NCBI RefSeq assembly: GCF_009914755.1
Contig: NC_060931.1
DNA length: 64,000 bases
Origin: the human T2T-CHM13v2.0 reference genome, Homo sapiens
Strand: one strand, 5' to 3'
Shown here: positions 13,490 to 27,758 of the stretch, one piece after another
Numbering within the stretch: the stretch's first letter is position 1
How the letters are laid out: every line of letters begins with the position of its first letter
Made by a program: the position numbers and the translations under genes
Notes under the pieces: generated by a model
Database searches by the model: none
The model's input: only the letters and a program-made list of their open reading frames with translations
Told to the model about the DNA's origin: nothing

Positions 13490-14414
13490 AAATGATATCC
13501 TAAACCTTGGCAGGAACTTTGTCTTTCCACTTGAAGCGGTTCCTTCAAACCTTGCAAATTTTTTCCTGTTCCCATGCCAGGGACATACCCCATTTCATGC
13601 ATCATATGTTGACTTTGAGGGCTATATAATTGTTCTGGAATTAGAACTTGTGTTCCCCATTGTTGTAATAAATCCCTTCCCCATAAATTTATAGGTACAG
13701 AAGTTATAATTGGTTGAATAGTCCCAGGTTGTCCATCGGGCCCTTCACAATGCAAAATATAACTACTTTGATATACTTTAGGGGCTTTACCACTCCAACT
13801 ATGTTAAATTGAGTGGGTGGAATTGGCCACGCAGACGGCCAGTGCTGTAGAGAAAGGATTGAAATGTCCGCTCCTGTATCTACCAAACCTTTAAATTTCT
13901 TTCCCTGAATAGTTATTTCACAGGTAGGATATTTATCAGTAATTTGATTCACCTAATAAGCTGCTTTGCCTTGTTTATTTGTGCTTCCAAATCCTCCTGT
14001 TCATTTAATTTCACTTTTCCCCATTTCCACATACGGCACAATTAGGAGCTGTGCTATATGGTCTCCAGGCTTTGCTTTCCAGGGAACAGAAGTAGATGTA
14101 ACAATTTGAATTTCCCCATTGTAATCAGAATCAGTGACTCCTGTTTGTACTTGTACCGCTTTTATATTTAAACTAGACCTGCCTAGAAGTAATCCTGTCA
14201 TCCCCGCTGGCAAGGGTCCACCGGCTCCTGTTGGGACCTTTTGCGGGGATTCCCCAGGCAGAAGGCTCACAGCTTTTGTGCAGCATAAATCTACTGCAGC
14301 ACTACCGGCTGTGGCGGGGGACAGACATTGTACAGGGGTGAGGGAATGGCCTGAGCCAGAAATGCCCTGGTTTGAAATGGGGCCGGGAACTGGCCCCTCA
14401 TGGCATTTCCCCAA
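13486..14414 (-). pseudogene. HML-3 dUTPase-protease remnant
   Basis: SAAVDL, LLGRSS, DSDYNGEI, IAQL dUTPase motifs; LVDTGAD and LWGRDLL protease motifs. Confidence 0.9.
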
Positions 14415-14822
14415 TTTAAAAGGAAAAGGCTCAAATGTAGCTATAATATTTCCCTGTTTATCTGGGGGGTGTACTCTAACAGGGAACTGCCAAGCCTCTA
14501 AATCACCCTCTCATCTAGCTTGCTGAATTCCTGCCTGAATAGAACTGAGAGCTGTTGCTTGAGGTGCAGCTTGAACAGTCAGTGGGGCAACTACTTTTCG
14601 CCCAGTGTCATCTGGAAAAGAAAGATCCGGAGGGTCAGGCTACTCTTTTTCTTCAAAATAATGAGGGGGTACAGAAGGGTAGGGATGAACCTCTCCCTCC
14701 ATTGCCGCTTTACCTTTAGCTGGCAAACAAACCTGCTCTGTTACTTCATTATACTCTCCTTCCTCCTCATCAGTGTGAAAAGTTTCCAAGGTGGAATGAA
14801 CCAGAGCCCACACTTGTCCCAT
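14400..14822 (-). pseudogene. HML-3 gag remnant (only ~420 bp; CA/NC deleted)
   Basis: MGQVWALVHSTLETFHTDEEE start; joins pro region after ~420 bp. Confidence 0.8.
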
Positions 14823-14947
14823 TGTTACCCTGATGCTTCCAAGCTCCCCTTCTTACCACAGGGACTGCTTAAGAGTACTTGGGTGTCCTCCAGCTTAGTT
14901 CCACATTCTCCAACTGTTGCTCTGGTGACCCTTTGACCTGGGTTCGA

Positions 14948-14966
14948 GCCCCACGTATGGGCATTA
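14948..14966 (-). promoter_or_regulatory. Degenerate tRNA-Lys primer binding site
   Basis: TAATGCCCATACGTGGGGC vs TGGCGCCCAACGTGGGGC, 2 nt after 5' LTR. Confidence 0.8.
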
Positions 14967-14968
14967 CT

Positions 14969-15434
14969 TGCTGAGACCAGCTTGGTCGTGGAGACCCTAA
15001 CCCAGTGGTGCTAGAGGAATTAAAGACACACACACAGAAATATAGAGTGTGGAATGGGAAATCAGGGGTCTCACAGCCTTCAGAGCTGAGAGCCATGAAC
15101 AGAGATTTACCCACATTATTTATTGACAGCAAGGCAGTCATAAGATTTACTGTAAGTATTCCTTACGGGAAATAAAGGGATGGGCCAAAATAAAAGGATG
15201 GGCTCTGGCTGGTTACCTGCAGCATGAACTTGTCCTTAAGGCACAGCTCGCTCATGCTATTGTTTGTGGTTTAAGAACACCTTAAGGGGTTTTCCACCCT
15301 GGGTGGGCCAGGTGTTCCTTGCCCTCATTCTGGTAAACCGACAGCCTTCCAGCATTGCATCAAGGCCATCATGAGCATGTCACAGTGCTGCAGAGATTTT
15401 GTTTATGACTAGATTTGGGGGCCTGTTCCGAACA
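14969..15434 (-). mobile_element. MER9 5' LTR
   Basis: Direct repeat of 9052-9539, 22 bp shorter. Confidence 0.92.
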
Positions 15435-18018
15435 GTTCACTTGGTTAATTCCTAGTATTTAATTTTATTTGTGGCTATTGTAAATGGGATTACTTTCTTG
15501 ATTTCGTTTTTCAGATTGTTTGCTGTCGGCCTAGAGAAATGCTCTGATATTTGTATATTGATTTTGTATCCTGTAACTTTACTGAATTTATCAGTTCTAA
15601 TAGTTTTTTGGTGCAATCTTTAGATTTCTCCAAATATAAGATCATATCATCTGCAAACAAGGGTACTTTGACTTCTTCCTTTCTAATTTGGATGCCCTTT
15701 ATTTTATTCTCTTGTCTGATTGCTCTAGCTAGGACTTCTAGTACTGTGGTGAATGACAGTGATGAAAGTGGGCATCCTTGCATTCTAGATCTTAGAAGAA
15801 AAACTTTCAGTCTTCCCCAATTCAGTATGATACTAACTGTGGGTTTATTGTATATGGCTTTTATTCTATTGAGGTATGTTCCTTCTATACCCGGTTTTTT
15901 GAGGTTTTTATCATGAAAGGATGTTTAATTTTACCAAATTCTTTTTCAGCATCAATTGAAACGATCATATGGTTTTTATCCTTCATTCTGTTGATTTGAT
16001 GTATCATATTGATTGATTTGTGTATGTTGAACCATCCTTGCATCCCTGGGATAAATCCCACTTAGTCATGATGAATGATCTTTTTAATGTGTCATTGAAT
16101 TCAGTTTGCTAGTATTTTGTTGAGGATTTTTTTTTATCAGTGTTCATCAGGGATACTGGCCTGTAGTTTTATTTTTTTGATGTGTCTTTGTCTGGTTTTG
16201 GTATCAGGGTAATATTGGCCTCGCAGAATGAGTTTGAAAGTATTCCTTCCTCCTTTGTTTTTCTGGAATAGTTTCGGTAGGATTGGTATTAGTTCTTTAA
16301 AAGTTTGATAAAATTCAGCATTGAAGCCATTAGGTCCTGGGGTTTTCCTTGCTGGGAGACTTTTTATTACAGCTTTGATCTTGTTACTTGCTATTGGTCT
16401 GTTCAAGTTTTGGATTTCTTAATAGTTCAGTCTTGGCAGGTTATATGTATCTAGGAATTTTTCCATTTTCTCTAGGTTTTCCAATTTATTGGCATATAGT
16501 TGCTCATAGTAGCCTCTCATGATCTTTTGAGTTTCTGTGATATTGATTGTAATGTCTCCTTTTTCAGCTCTGATTTTATTGATTTGGGGCTTCTCTTTTT
16601 TTTCATAGTCTGGCTAGTGGTTTGTCAATTGTATTTATCTTTTCAAAAAATGAACTTTTTGTTTTGTTGATCTTTTGTATTGTTTTCTTCATCTTAATTT
16701 CTTTTATTTCTGCTGTGATCTTTTTTATTGCTTTTCTTCTAATTTTGGGTTGGTTTCCTCTTGCTTTTCTTCTTGCTTTCTCTGCATCTTTAAGATGCAT
16801 AATTAGGTGGTTTATTTGGAGTTTTTCTACTTTTTTGATGTAGGTGCTTATTGCTATAAACTTTCCTCTTAGTTTTGCTTTCACTATATCCCATAGGTTT
16901 TGGTATGTTGTTTCCATTATCATTTGTTTAAAGAAATCTTAAAATTTCCTTCTTAATGTCTTTATTGACCCACTGGTCATTCAGGTGCATATTGTTTAAT
17001 TTACATGTGTTTGTATAGTTTCCCAAATTCTTCTTGTAATTGATTCTAGTTTTATTCTGTTGTGGTCGGAGAAGATACTTGATATAATTTCAGTTTGTTT
17101 GAATTTTTAAAAACTTGCTTTTAGACCTCAAGGATAGACCTAACATATGGTCTATCCTTGAGGATGATCTATGTGTTGAGGAGAAGAATGCATATTCTGC
17201 AGCCATTGAATGAAATGCCCTGTAAGTATTTATTAGGTCCATTTGGTCAGTAGTACAGATTAAGTCTGATATATCTTTGTTGATTTTTTGTCTGGATGAT
17301 CTGTCCAATGCTGAAAATGAAGCATTGGGAGTCTTCAGTTATTGTATTGGGATCTATCTCTCTCTTTAGCTCTAATAATATTTGCTTTATGTATCTGGGT
17401 GCTCTAGTATTGGGTGCGTATATATTCACAGTTGTTATAGTCTCTTGCTGAACTGAGTTCTTTATCATTATATAATGACCTTGTCTCTTTATAGTTTTTT
17501 CTTGAGATCCATTTTGTTTGATATAAATATAGCTACTCCTGCTCTTTTTTGGTTTCCATTTGCATGGAATATCTTTTTTCATTCTTTTGTTTTCAGTCTG
17601 TGTGTCTTTATAGGTTAAGTATGTTTCTTGTAGGCAACAGGTTGTTGGGTCTGCTTTTTTATCCATTCAGCCACTCTGTGTCTTTTGACTGGGGAGTTAG
17701 TCCATTTACATTCAATGTTATTACTGATAAGTAAGGTCCTACTGCTGCCTTTTTATTATTTGTTTTCTGGTTGTTTTGTGGTCTGCTTCCTTCTTAACCT
17801 TCCTTCCTGTCTTCCTTTTAGTGAAGGTGATTTTCTCTGGTGGTATGTTTTAATTTCTTGCATTTTATTTTTTGTGTATCTATCATATGTTTTTAGATTT
17901 GAGGTTACCACAAGGCTTGAAAATAGTATCTTATAACAATTTTAAACCAATGGCAACTTAACACTGATTGTCTAAACAAAGAGGCAAGCAAAAAGAAAAC
18001 TAATAAAAACTACATGTT

Positions 18019-18761
<743 letters not shown>

Positions 18762-19433
18762 TTATATCTTATTGTATTGTCTATGACCTGAAAACTTGTT
18801 GTAGTAATTATTTTTGATCAGTTCGTCTTTTAGTCTTTCTACTCAAGACATGTATGGCTCACACACCACAATGACGGTACTCTAATATGCTGTGTTTTTC
18901 TGTGTACTTGCTATTACCACTGAGTTTTGTACCTTCAGACACTTTCTTATTGTGCATTAATGTCCTTTTCTTTCAGATTTAAGAACTCTCTTTGGCATTT
19001 CTTTTAAGATAGGTCTAGTGTTGATGAAATCCCTCAGCTTTTGTTTCTCTGGAAGACCTTTATTTCTCCTTCATGTTTGAAGAATATTTTTGCGGGATAT
19101 AGTATTCTAAGATAAAAGTTTTTTCCTTCGGCACTTTAAATAGGCCACTCTCCTGGCCTTTAAGGCTACCACTGAGAAATCTGCTGCCAGACATATTGGA
19201 GCTCCATTATATGTTATTTGTTTCTTTTTTGTTGCTGCTTTTAGGATTTTTTCTTTATGTTTGACCTTTGGGAGTTTGATTGTTAAATACATTGAAGCAG
19301 TCTTATTTGGGTTAAATCTGCTTGATGTTCTCATACTTAAATATTGATATCTTCCTCTAGGTTTGGGATGTTCTTTGTTATTGTCTCTTGGAATTAATTT
19401 TCTACCCCCACTGTCTGTCTACGTCCTCTTTAA

Positions 19434-19666
<233 letters not shown>

Positions 19667-22410
19667 GAAGGGGCAACAACTTTTAAGTTTGCCTTTTTGA
19701 GGCTGTTTTCTAGATCTTGTAGGTGTGCTTCATTCTTGTTTTTTTCTTTTGTCTCTTCTGACTCTGTATGTTCAAATGGCCTGTCTTCAAGTTCACTAAT
19801 TCCTTCTTCTGCTTGATCTGTTCAGCTGTTAAGAGACTGATGTATTCTTCAGTATGTTAGTTGCATTTTATAGCTCCAGAATTTCTACTTGATTCTTAAT
19901 TATTTCAATCTCTTGTTAAATTTATCTGATAGAATTCTGAATTCCTTCTCTGTGTTATCTTTAGTTTTGTTGAGTTTCCTCAAAACAGCTATCTTGAATT
20001 ATTTTTTTGAAAGGTTACATATCTAGCTCTCCAAGATTGGTTGCTGATGCCTTATTTAGTTCATTTGGTGAGGTCATGTTTTCCGGAATCATCTTGATGC
20101 TTGAGGATGTTTGTTGGTTCCTAGGCATTGAAGAGTTAGGTATTTATCGTAGTCTTCACAGTCTGGACTTTTTGTACCCATCCTTCCTGGAAAGACTTTC
20201 CATATATTCAAAGGAACTTGGATGTTGTGATGTAAATTTTTCGTCATTGTTGCCATATCTGCCTTAGATGACACCCCAAGCCCAGTAACACAGTGGCTCT
20301 TTTAGACTTATAGAGGCACTGCCTTGATGGTCTTAGATAAGATCTAGAAGATTTCTCTGGATTACCAGGTAGAGATGCTTTTTGTCTTTCCTTACTCTCT
20401 CCTAAACAAATGGAGTCTCTGCTGAGCTTCCTGGAGCTGGGGGAGTGGTGAAACAAGCACTGCTGTGGCCACCACCACTGAGATTACACTGGGGCAGACC
20501 TGAAGCCAGCACAACACCAGGTCTCAACCAAGGCCCTTGGTAACCACTGTGGCTACTGCCTATATTTGCTCAAGGCCCTAAGGCTCTATAATCAGCAGGT
20601 AGTAAAACCAGCCAGGCTTATGTCCTTTCCTTCAGGATGGCAAGCTCCCCTCAGTCTTAGGTCCAGTGGTGCCATCCTGGAGCCAGGTCCTGGAGTTGGA
20701 AACCTTAGGAATCTACCTGGTGCTCTATTCTACTGCGGCTGAGCTGGCACCCAAGCCTTCCCAGTCCTCCCTCCCTTTTTCATGAGCAGAGGAGTCTCCC
20801 CCTTAGCTGCCACTGTCCTAGGTTCATGGCAAGTACTGCCTGGCTACTGCCAGTGTTCATTCAAGGCCCAAGGGCTCTTCAGTCAGCTTGTAGTGAATGC
20901 TGCCAGGCCTGAGACTCTCCCTTCGGGGCAGCAGGCTCCCCTCTGGCCCAGGACAAGTCCAGAAATACCATCCAAGAGCCAAGGCCTGAAATCAAGGACC
21001 CCAAGGGCCCGCTTGGTGCTCTACCCCACTGTGGCCACACTGATACCTAGGCTGCAAGACAAAATCCCCTTTGCTCTTCCCTCTCCTTTTCTCAAGCAGA
21101 AGTCCCTTTCTGTAGCCACCACATCTGGGAGTGTGCTGGGTCACACCTGAAGCCAGCACGTCTCTGAGTCTCACCCAAAGGTCCATGATGAGTATGGCCT
21201 GGTTACCACTGCTGATGATTTGGGGCCCAAGCGCTCTTTATTCAGCAGGTGATAAATCCTGCCAGTACTAGGTCCTTCCGTTCAAGGTAGCAGGTTCCCT
21301 TGTAGCCCAGGCTGTGTCTAGAAATGTTATCTGGGACATTTGGTGTCCAGGGTCTGGAATGGGAGCTTCAGGACTTTGCCTGGTGCCCTGTTCTGTTGTG
21401 GCAGAGCTAGTGTCCAAGTTGTAAGAGAAAATCCTGTTTACTCTTCCGTCTCCTTTCCTCAAGTGGAAGGAAAGAGTCTCCCCTGGAGCTGCGAGCTGCA
21501 CTGCCTGGGGTTGAGGGAGGGGTGGTGCAAGCACTCCCTTGGTGGTCCTGCTGGTGTCTTACTGGGCTGCGTGCCCTCCAAGTCCATTGGCTCCAAGCCC
21601 AGCCCAGCACCAAGACTTGCCCAGGAATTGCAGTCTTTGTGGTCTGGGCTGCTATTCAAGTTTATTTTGAATCCCAGAGCAGTTTAGCCCATGGTGGTAA
21701 GTCTTGCTGGAACTTGAGTTTCCACCACCAGGATGGGCAATTCCCCTCTGGCTACAGCTCTAAATGCTTCCTCTGTGGGCGCCAGCTGAATTCTGCCCCC
21801 TTTTGCTTTCCACTGTGACAGGGCAGCACTGAGTTCCGATGTGAAAGCCCTACAATCCCTGCCCTCTCCCTCCCCCAAACACAGAGATTCTCTTTCTGTG
21901 CCACAGGAATGGGAGAGGGGTGGTGTCAGCAATTCACGACTTTATCCTCTTCAGTGCCTCTTGCAGTGATATTATGTTAAAACCATGTGATTGCTCACCT
22001 GATTTTTAGTTCTTATGAAGGTGCTTTGTTGTGTGGATTGTTGTTTAATTTGGGAAGATGATTGGTGGAGGCTTCCATTTGGCCATCTGGCTCTGCCTTT
22101 CCTCCTAGAATTATATCTGGTTGTTTTTTTTTTTTTTTTTTTTTTTTTTTCAGTAGTTTGTGCCAGCCGGGATTTTGACCAGATCCACATTTATTTGGTT
22201 GATATGCCTCTTAAGTTTCTTTTTTTTTCTTTGCAATATGTTTGTTAAAGAAATTGGGTTATTTGTCTTGTACAACTTCATATATTTTTAAAATGAATGC
22301 TGTTGGGATAAATAGAAAAATATCAAGGCCCCCACCCTCCAATTCTGGTAGACTTTACCTCTTGAGGGATATTAATATGCTCGTGATGGACTAGTTTTGC
22401 TTATTTTTAG

Positions 22411-22463
22411 CATCAAGGAAGATTTGGTCTATTCCTTTCTACTTCACATTATGAGAACAGTTG
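22411..22463 (+). pseudogene. Candidate exon A of decayed gene (IKEDLVYSFLLHIMRTV)
   Basis: ttatttttag acceptor, G/gttggt donor, open frame, phase fits exon B. Confidence 0.45.
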
Positions 22464-22626
22464 GTTGGTTGGTTTTCCAAACATAAAATGGTATTGTAAT
22501 TTGGAATATGCTTTTCATACTACTCTGCACTCACCAAAATATTCTGGTATTACTCTCCTCCCCCAAATCACAGATGTAGGGTAGACTCTTCAGAATTTTA
22601 AAAAATCATGTTTTCCTTTTCCCCAG

Positions 22627-22738
22627 AAATACTATATTTTGAGATCTACTCTGCCTAAGCAAAAATAGGAAATAGAAAAACCTCTCTTTATGCTCAGTGT
22701 GTATCACTCGAACTTTTCAAGTTAAATGTTATCAAGCA
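22627..22738 (+). pseudogene. Candidate exon B (ILYFEIYSA*AKIGNRKTSLYAQCVSLELFKLNVIK)
   Basis: ttttccttttccccag acceptor, CA/gtaagt donor, 112 nt, one TAA. Confidence 0.62.
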
Positions 22739-22799
22739 GTAAGTGTCTGTTCTTCACTCTGACAATTTCTTTGCTGTTCCTTGTAAAAAGTTCTACTGC

Positions 22800-23425
22800 G
22801 CTTTTTGTTGTGGTAAAATATACATAATGTAAAATTTATCATTTTAACTATTTTTAACTGTATAATTGAGTGGCATTAAGTCCATTCACAGTATTTTGTC
22901 ACTATCACCAAAACTTTTTCATTACCCCAAACAGAAATCTGTAACCATTAAGCAATAATTCCCCATTTTCCCAGCCCCTTTCTGTTTGTGTGAATATGCG
23001 TATTCTAGATACCTCATATAAGCAGAATTGTACGGTATTTATCCTGTTGTGTCTGATTTATTTCACATAATGTTTTCAAGATTCATCCATGCTGTAACAT
23101 GCATTATACTTCATTCTTTTTTATGGCTGAATAATATTCCATTGTGTGTATATATCACAGTTTGCTTATCCATTCATCCCCTAGGATATTGGATTGTTTC
23201 CACCTTTTGGCTATTGGGAATACTGTTGCTGTGAACATGTGTTCACAGGTATCTGACCCGTTTTCAATTCTTTTGAGTATACTATATACTCAAAAGTATA
23301 TTGTATATGTATACACTATATATTTGTATATATTTATACAGTATACCTATATATAGTGGAGTGGCACTGCTGGGTTATATGGCAGTTCCATGTTTAACAT
23401 ATTGAGGAACTGACAAACTCTTCTT
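22800..23425 (-). mobile_element. L1MB-type 3' fragment
   Basis: gtggtaaaatatacataa...ttaagtccattcaca...tttatggctgaataatattccattg. Confidence 0.8.
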
Positions 23426-23429
23426 CACA

Positions 23430-24260
23430 TTTTAAAAACTGCTTTCTTAAAGATCTTCGTACCTTACTAGTTGCTAAATCTGATGGCTCTACCTCTCTTC
23501 TCACCTGTCTTAGCTTCTCTATAAATCTTTGTGGCACCTCACATTGCTGTCGATAGACCCTCTTATTCTTCTGCTTTGTAATCCTTCTCAGGCCCTTCCT
23601 GGGTTCTTCCTCCTCCACACAGTCCTTAAATGTACATGTTCCCAGAGGTTCAGTTACTTAAACTCTCCTTTGCTATTATTTTCGTGTAACTTAAACTATC
23701 CTTTTGATTTTAAACACCTCTGTCAGGCCTACATTTGAACTTGAATCTCATAGGCATTTCCATATCAGTGTTCTCTCAAATGTGACATGTCTAAAACAAC
23801 ATTCATCTTCTGTTAATCCTCTCAAGCCCATTCTCTCCGTGGTCCCTGTCACTAAGGCTTGAAAGCTGTATATTGATTTTATTATCCCTTTGTCCCTTGG
23901 GGGCCCATGCCCTGTAAAGTTGACGAGTGCGGGCAGTTCTCCTGCTGGTCCTCCTTTGCACTCACTTTCACAGTTCTAAATCATGCTATGAGAGCGTCTT
24001 TCTTGAATTTTTCTAACTATATTTCTTGGTTCTAGATTTTTTTTCCCTCTGTTCCAAATCATTTTCCACACAGCTGCTAGAATTTTCTCCCTAAGATATA
24101 TTTGCTTAAAGACAATACCCTTTTTGCATGCAGAACAAGTTAATTCTTCTCATCCTCAGCATCAGATCCCCTTCCTGTCTTCATATAATTAATTACCTTC
24201 CAGTAACCTTATCCTGCTCCGTGATCCATCTGTATTCATTACTACAGCCAATCATTCTAC
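23430..24260 (+). mobile_element. Degenerate L2 fragment
   Basis: ttgctaaatc...ctcacattgctgt...tctaaaacaacattcatcttc pattern; borders uncertain. Confidence 0.55.
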
Positions 24261-24553
24261 TTGCTTTTCTCTTTGGAAAACTGAAAATGTACAGGTTGCA
24301 GTTTCCCAAGACTTGAACTTTCTCCTTGAAATATTTCAGTATTTGGCCATTGGAATTTTAATCCTTAAAGCCAACACTTAAATCTCAACTTATCTAAGAA
24401 ATCATCTTCAAGTGTTTCAGACAAAATTAATGTCTGCATCCTCATTCCATATAGTTTGCTTATATCTTTATTGTAGCACACTTTGAAGTTTGCTTCAGGA
24501 TATGCTAAAGTTTTCCACCTGATTTATTATTTCTTTACGATTTTTTTCCTTAG

Positions 24554-24578
24554 AGAAAAAGATTACCGACCAAAATGT
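24554..24578 (+). pseudogene. Candidate micro-exon C (EKDYRPK)
   Basis: tttttttccttag acceptor, in phase with exon B; donor weak and ambiguous. Confidence 0.35.
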
Positions 24579-24622
24579 GTAACGGTTTCCGAGGCCCTCA
24601 TGATGTTGTCAGACTGCTTTTA

Positions 24623-24790
<168 letters not shown>

Positions 24791-25414
24791 TCATCATTGA
24801 TAAGTGTATCATTTAACTACTATACTTTGAATGTAAGTATTTAGAAAAACTTTCCTAGTTTTTGTTAGAAAATAGTATCTTGTTTTTATTTGCTTGTTTT
24901 TGCTAATTATATTGAGACTGAAGACTTTTCCAATGTATTTCCTTGTATGTTTCTCTAGTGAATAGTCTTTTTAATATACTTGTTCCATTAATCTAATACT
25001 TTATTCATTTATCTAATCCCATGACTCATTTGCTATAGATATTTTTTCTATTTTTGTCCTTTTGCTTTTTAATTTTGCCCATCACCTTTTGACTTATAGT
25101 AATAGCTTTAATTGATTTTTAAGATTAATATTTGTAAATGTTTTCTTTAGTTTTCAATATATTTTTAGAAACTTGGAAAGAGTTGGTAAAAAGACAAGGG
25201 AACTTCATTATAAATTGTATTTTAAAAGAGAAAGCATATATTATCCTTACAATCTATTGATCAGTTAACTTAAAAATCTTCAGGATAGTAAAAAGGTCTA
25301 CCTCACTTTTTTTTTTTTTTTGCTCCTTCCTGTACACCTTCCTGCACAGTGATCTTTCCATTTTTTTTAATTGTGGTAAAATGTAGATAACATGAAGTTT
25401 ATAGTTTTAATGAA

Positions 25415-25741
25415 TTTTTTTCTTGTCTTTTTTTTTTTTTTTTTTTTTTGAGGCAGGGTCTCATGCTGTTTCCCTGGCAGAAGTGGTGCAGTGGCTATGG
25501 TCATGGCTTACTGCAGCCTTGATTTAGTGGGCTCAAGTGATCCTTCTGCTGCAGTCCGCTGAGTAGCTGGGAACACAGGTGCACAGCACCATGTCTGGCT
25601 AATTTTTTTTTTTTTGTACTTTTGTAGAGACAGGGTTTCACCATGTTGCCCAGGCTGGTCTTGAACTCCTGGGCTCAAGCGATCCGCCCACCTCAGCCTC
25701 CCAAAGTGCTAGGACTACAGGCGTGAGCCACTGAGCTTGGC
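25415..25741 (-). mobile_element. AluJ
   Basis: Diverged dimer with cctgggctcaagc diagnostic. Confidence 0.88.
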
Positions 25742-25791
25742 ATGTTCATGTTACTCAATCCCTGAGCCTATTCATGCTATTGGAAAGGATG

Positions 25792-26198
25792 CTGTGTTTG
25801 TTAGGGTTCTCCAGAGAAACAGAACCCATAGGATGTGTGTATACACACACACAAATGCACACGCACAGATTTATTTTAAGGAACTGACTTAAACGATTGT
25901 TAGGAGTGTGTGGAGACTAGCAAATCTGAAATCTGTGGAGCAGGCCAGAGACACAGGGAGGAGTTGCTGTTGCAATTTGAGTCCAAAGGCAGCGCGGGGG
26001 CAGAATTCCATTGGTATGTGTTCAGATTTCCTCCTCTTATAAAGACACCAGTCCTATTTGACTAGGGCTCAGCCTAATGGCTTCATTTTAATTTAACTAT
26101 TCTTTAAAGACTCTATCTGTAAATACAGTTACACTCTGAGGTACTGGGGGTTAGGACTTCAACATGAATTTTTAGGAAAACACAATTCATCCCATAAA
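25792..26198. mobile_element. MLT2-like LTR fragment followed by MLT1 (MaLR) fragment
   Basis: ttagggttctccagagaaacagaac (MLT2); cttataaagacaccagtc...ggggttaggacttcaacatgaa (MLT1). Confidence 0.7.
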
Positions 26199-26379
26199 AG
26201 ATGCCAAATAATCTCCTGTGGGATGGAGTGGGAGGAAGCAAACCAGCAGATATTTTCTTAAACTCATTTATGGAATTCATAATTTTGTATGAAATGCATT
26301 TTATAAATGGCTAGCAATTCACTTTTATTATCTGATGTTATATTTATAAATTGCTAGGTAATTTATTCTGTCTCCAAAG

Positions 26380-26424
26380 TGTTTCCAGAAAATTCTGACT
26401 TCTCATTTCATAATAAGTTACGAG
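26380..26424 (+). pseudogene. Candidate exon D (FPENSDFSFHNKLR)
   Basis: ccaaag or ttccag acceptor, GAG/gtattt donor; phase fits exon E. Confidence 0.35.
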
Positions 26425-26441
26425 GTATTTGGTATATATAA

Positions 26442-26444
<3 letters not shown>

Positions 26445-26493
<49 letters not shown>

Positions 26494-26512
26494 CATATAT
26501 ATATATACACAC
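26445..26512. repeat. (TG)n(TA)n compound microsatellite
   Basis: Directly visible. Confidence 0.95.
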
Positions 26513-26734
26513 AAAGTACCAGGTATTTGGTACTTTTTGTTAAGAGGATACTTTTTAAATTAAATATTTCTCAAAAACTAGAATTGGTGCTTATTACTAT
26601 CTTATTCTATAAAGTATATAAACTCAATATTGAATCTTACAAAAATATTAAAGTCATTAGCATTTCCTTACCGACAAGATTGGACTTCTAAAATCTTGCA
26701 TCATGGGAACTAAAAATTCTTCTTTTTAAAATAA

Positions 26735-27090
26735 AACATTTTGTTTTGTGATAATTGTAGATTCACATGTAATTATAAGAAATAATATCAAGAGATCTTG
26801 TGTACCCTTTACCTAATTTCCCCCAATGGTAATATCTTGCAAAAGTATACTGTAATATTAAAACCAGAATATTGACGTCCTACACCCATCTTCCCCCTTC
26901 CACAACCCCCCAAATCCCTGTTGTCCTCAGTTCGTGGCAATCACTAATTTGTTCTCTGTTTCTATAATTTTGTCATGTGAAGGATGTTATATAAATGGAA
27001 TCATACAGTAAGTAAGCTTTTAGGATTAGATTTTTTCAGTCAGCATAATTCCCTTGATTCATCCAAGTTGTCACATTTATCGGTAGTTTG
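26735..27090 (-). mobile_element. L1MC-type 3' fragment
   Basis: gataattgtagattcacatg..ataagaaataata; aaatggaatcatacagta. Confidence 0.7.
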
Positions 27091-27128
27091 GAAAATGCCG
27101 TTTAGAATCCAGCCCCAGCATCACAGAA

Positions 27129-27364
27129 CAGGGTTTCTGAGACTTGGCACTATGGACATTTGGACCAGATAATTCTTTGTTTTTGAGGACTGTTCTGTGC
27201 ATTTTAGGATGTGCAGCATCTGGGGCATTTACCCAATGGATGTTAATAGGATCTCGCCAGGTATGGCAACCAAAAATGTCTTCAGACACTGCCTAAAGTT
27301 CCCGCGGGTTGCCACGTTTTCCCAGAAATTACCAAGTATCCTATCCCTTGGGTGAGAACCACTG
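27129..27364 (-). mobile_element. MER20 (hAT-Charlie)
   Basis: cagggtttct...gagaaccactg termini; caaccaaaaatgtc core. Confidence 0.85.
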
Positions 27365-27758
27365 GAGTAGAGTATAGAAAGTGGACTTGGAGTGAAGAGA
27401 CTACAACTTAACCACTGGCAAAATCCATCCTCAGACTACTCTGCATGTCTACACACCCTTCTACACACATGTCCATGTGAGCATTCCCTTACCTAGAGAC
27501 TACATTGTAACATTACAATGAAATTTGTATTAAATAATGAAGAAGCAGAAGTAAAAAGAAAATAGTTAACATATACAGAGACACACACCAAACCCATGAG
27601 AATGGACTCTGGAGGCTGTGTCCTTTGACTCCATGGACAAGACTCAACTAAATCATGTGGACACATTATAACCTCTAGAAACCAATATGCATACAGAACC
27701 CTGCACCTGGGTGTCAGGTGTCAGGGTTAAAGGAACGGTAGTTTGTTGGGTCAGATAC

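Larger units (their letters stand above)
9052..15434 (-). mobile_element. HERV-K(HML-3)/HERVK9 provirus, 2-LTR, gag and env deleted
   Basis: Two MER9 LTRs; TSD attcac 9046-9051 / gttcac 15435-15440; Lys-type PBS; PPT; dUTPase-protease, RT, RNase H, IN, TM remnants. Confidence 0.93.

Noticed and set aside
22124-22153. Poly-T followed by CAG as a splice acceptor
   Set aside because: Downstream sequence looks like an old L1 3' fragment, with no convincing donor or frame.
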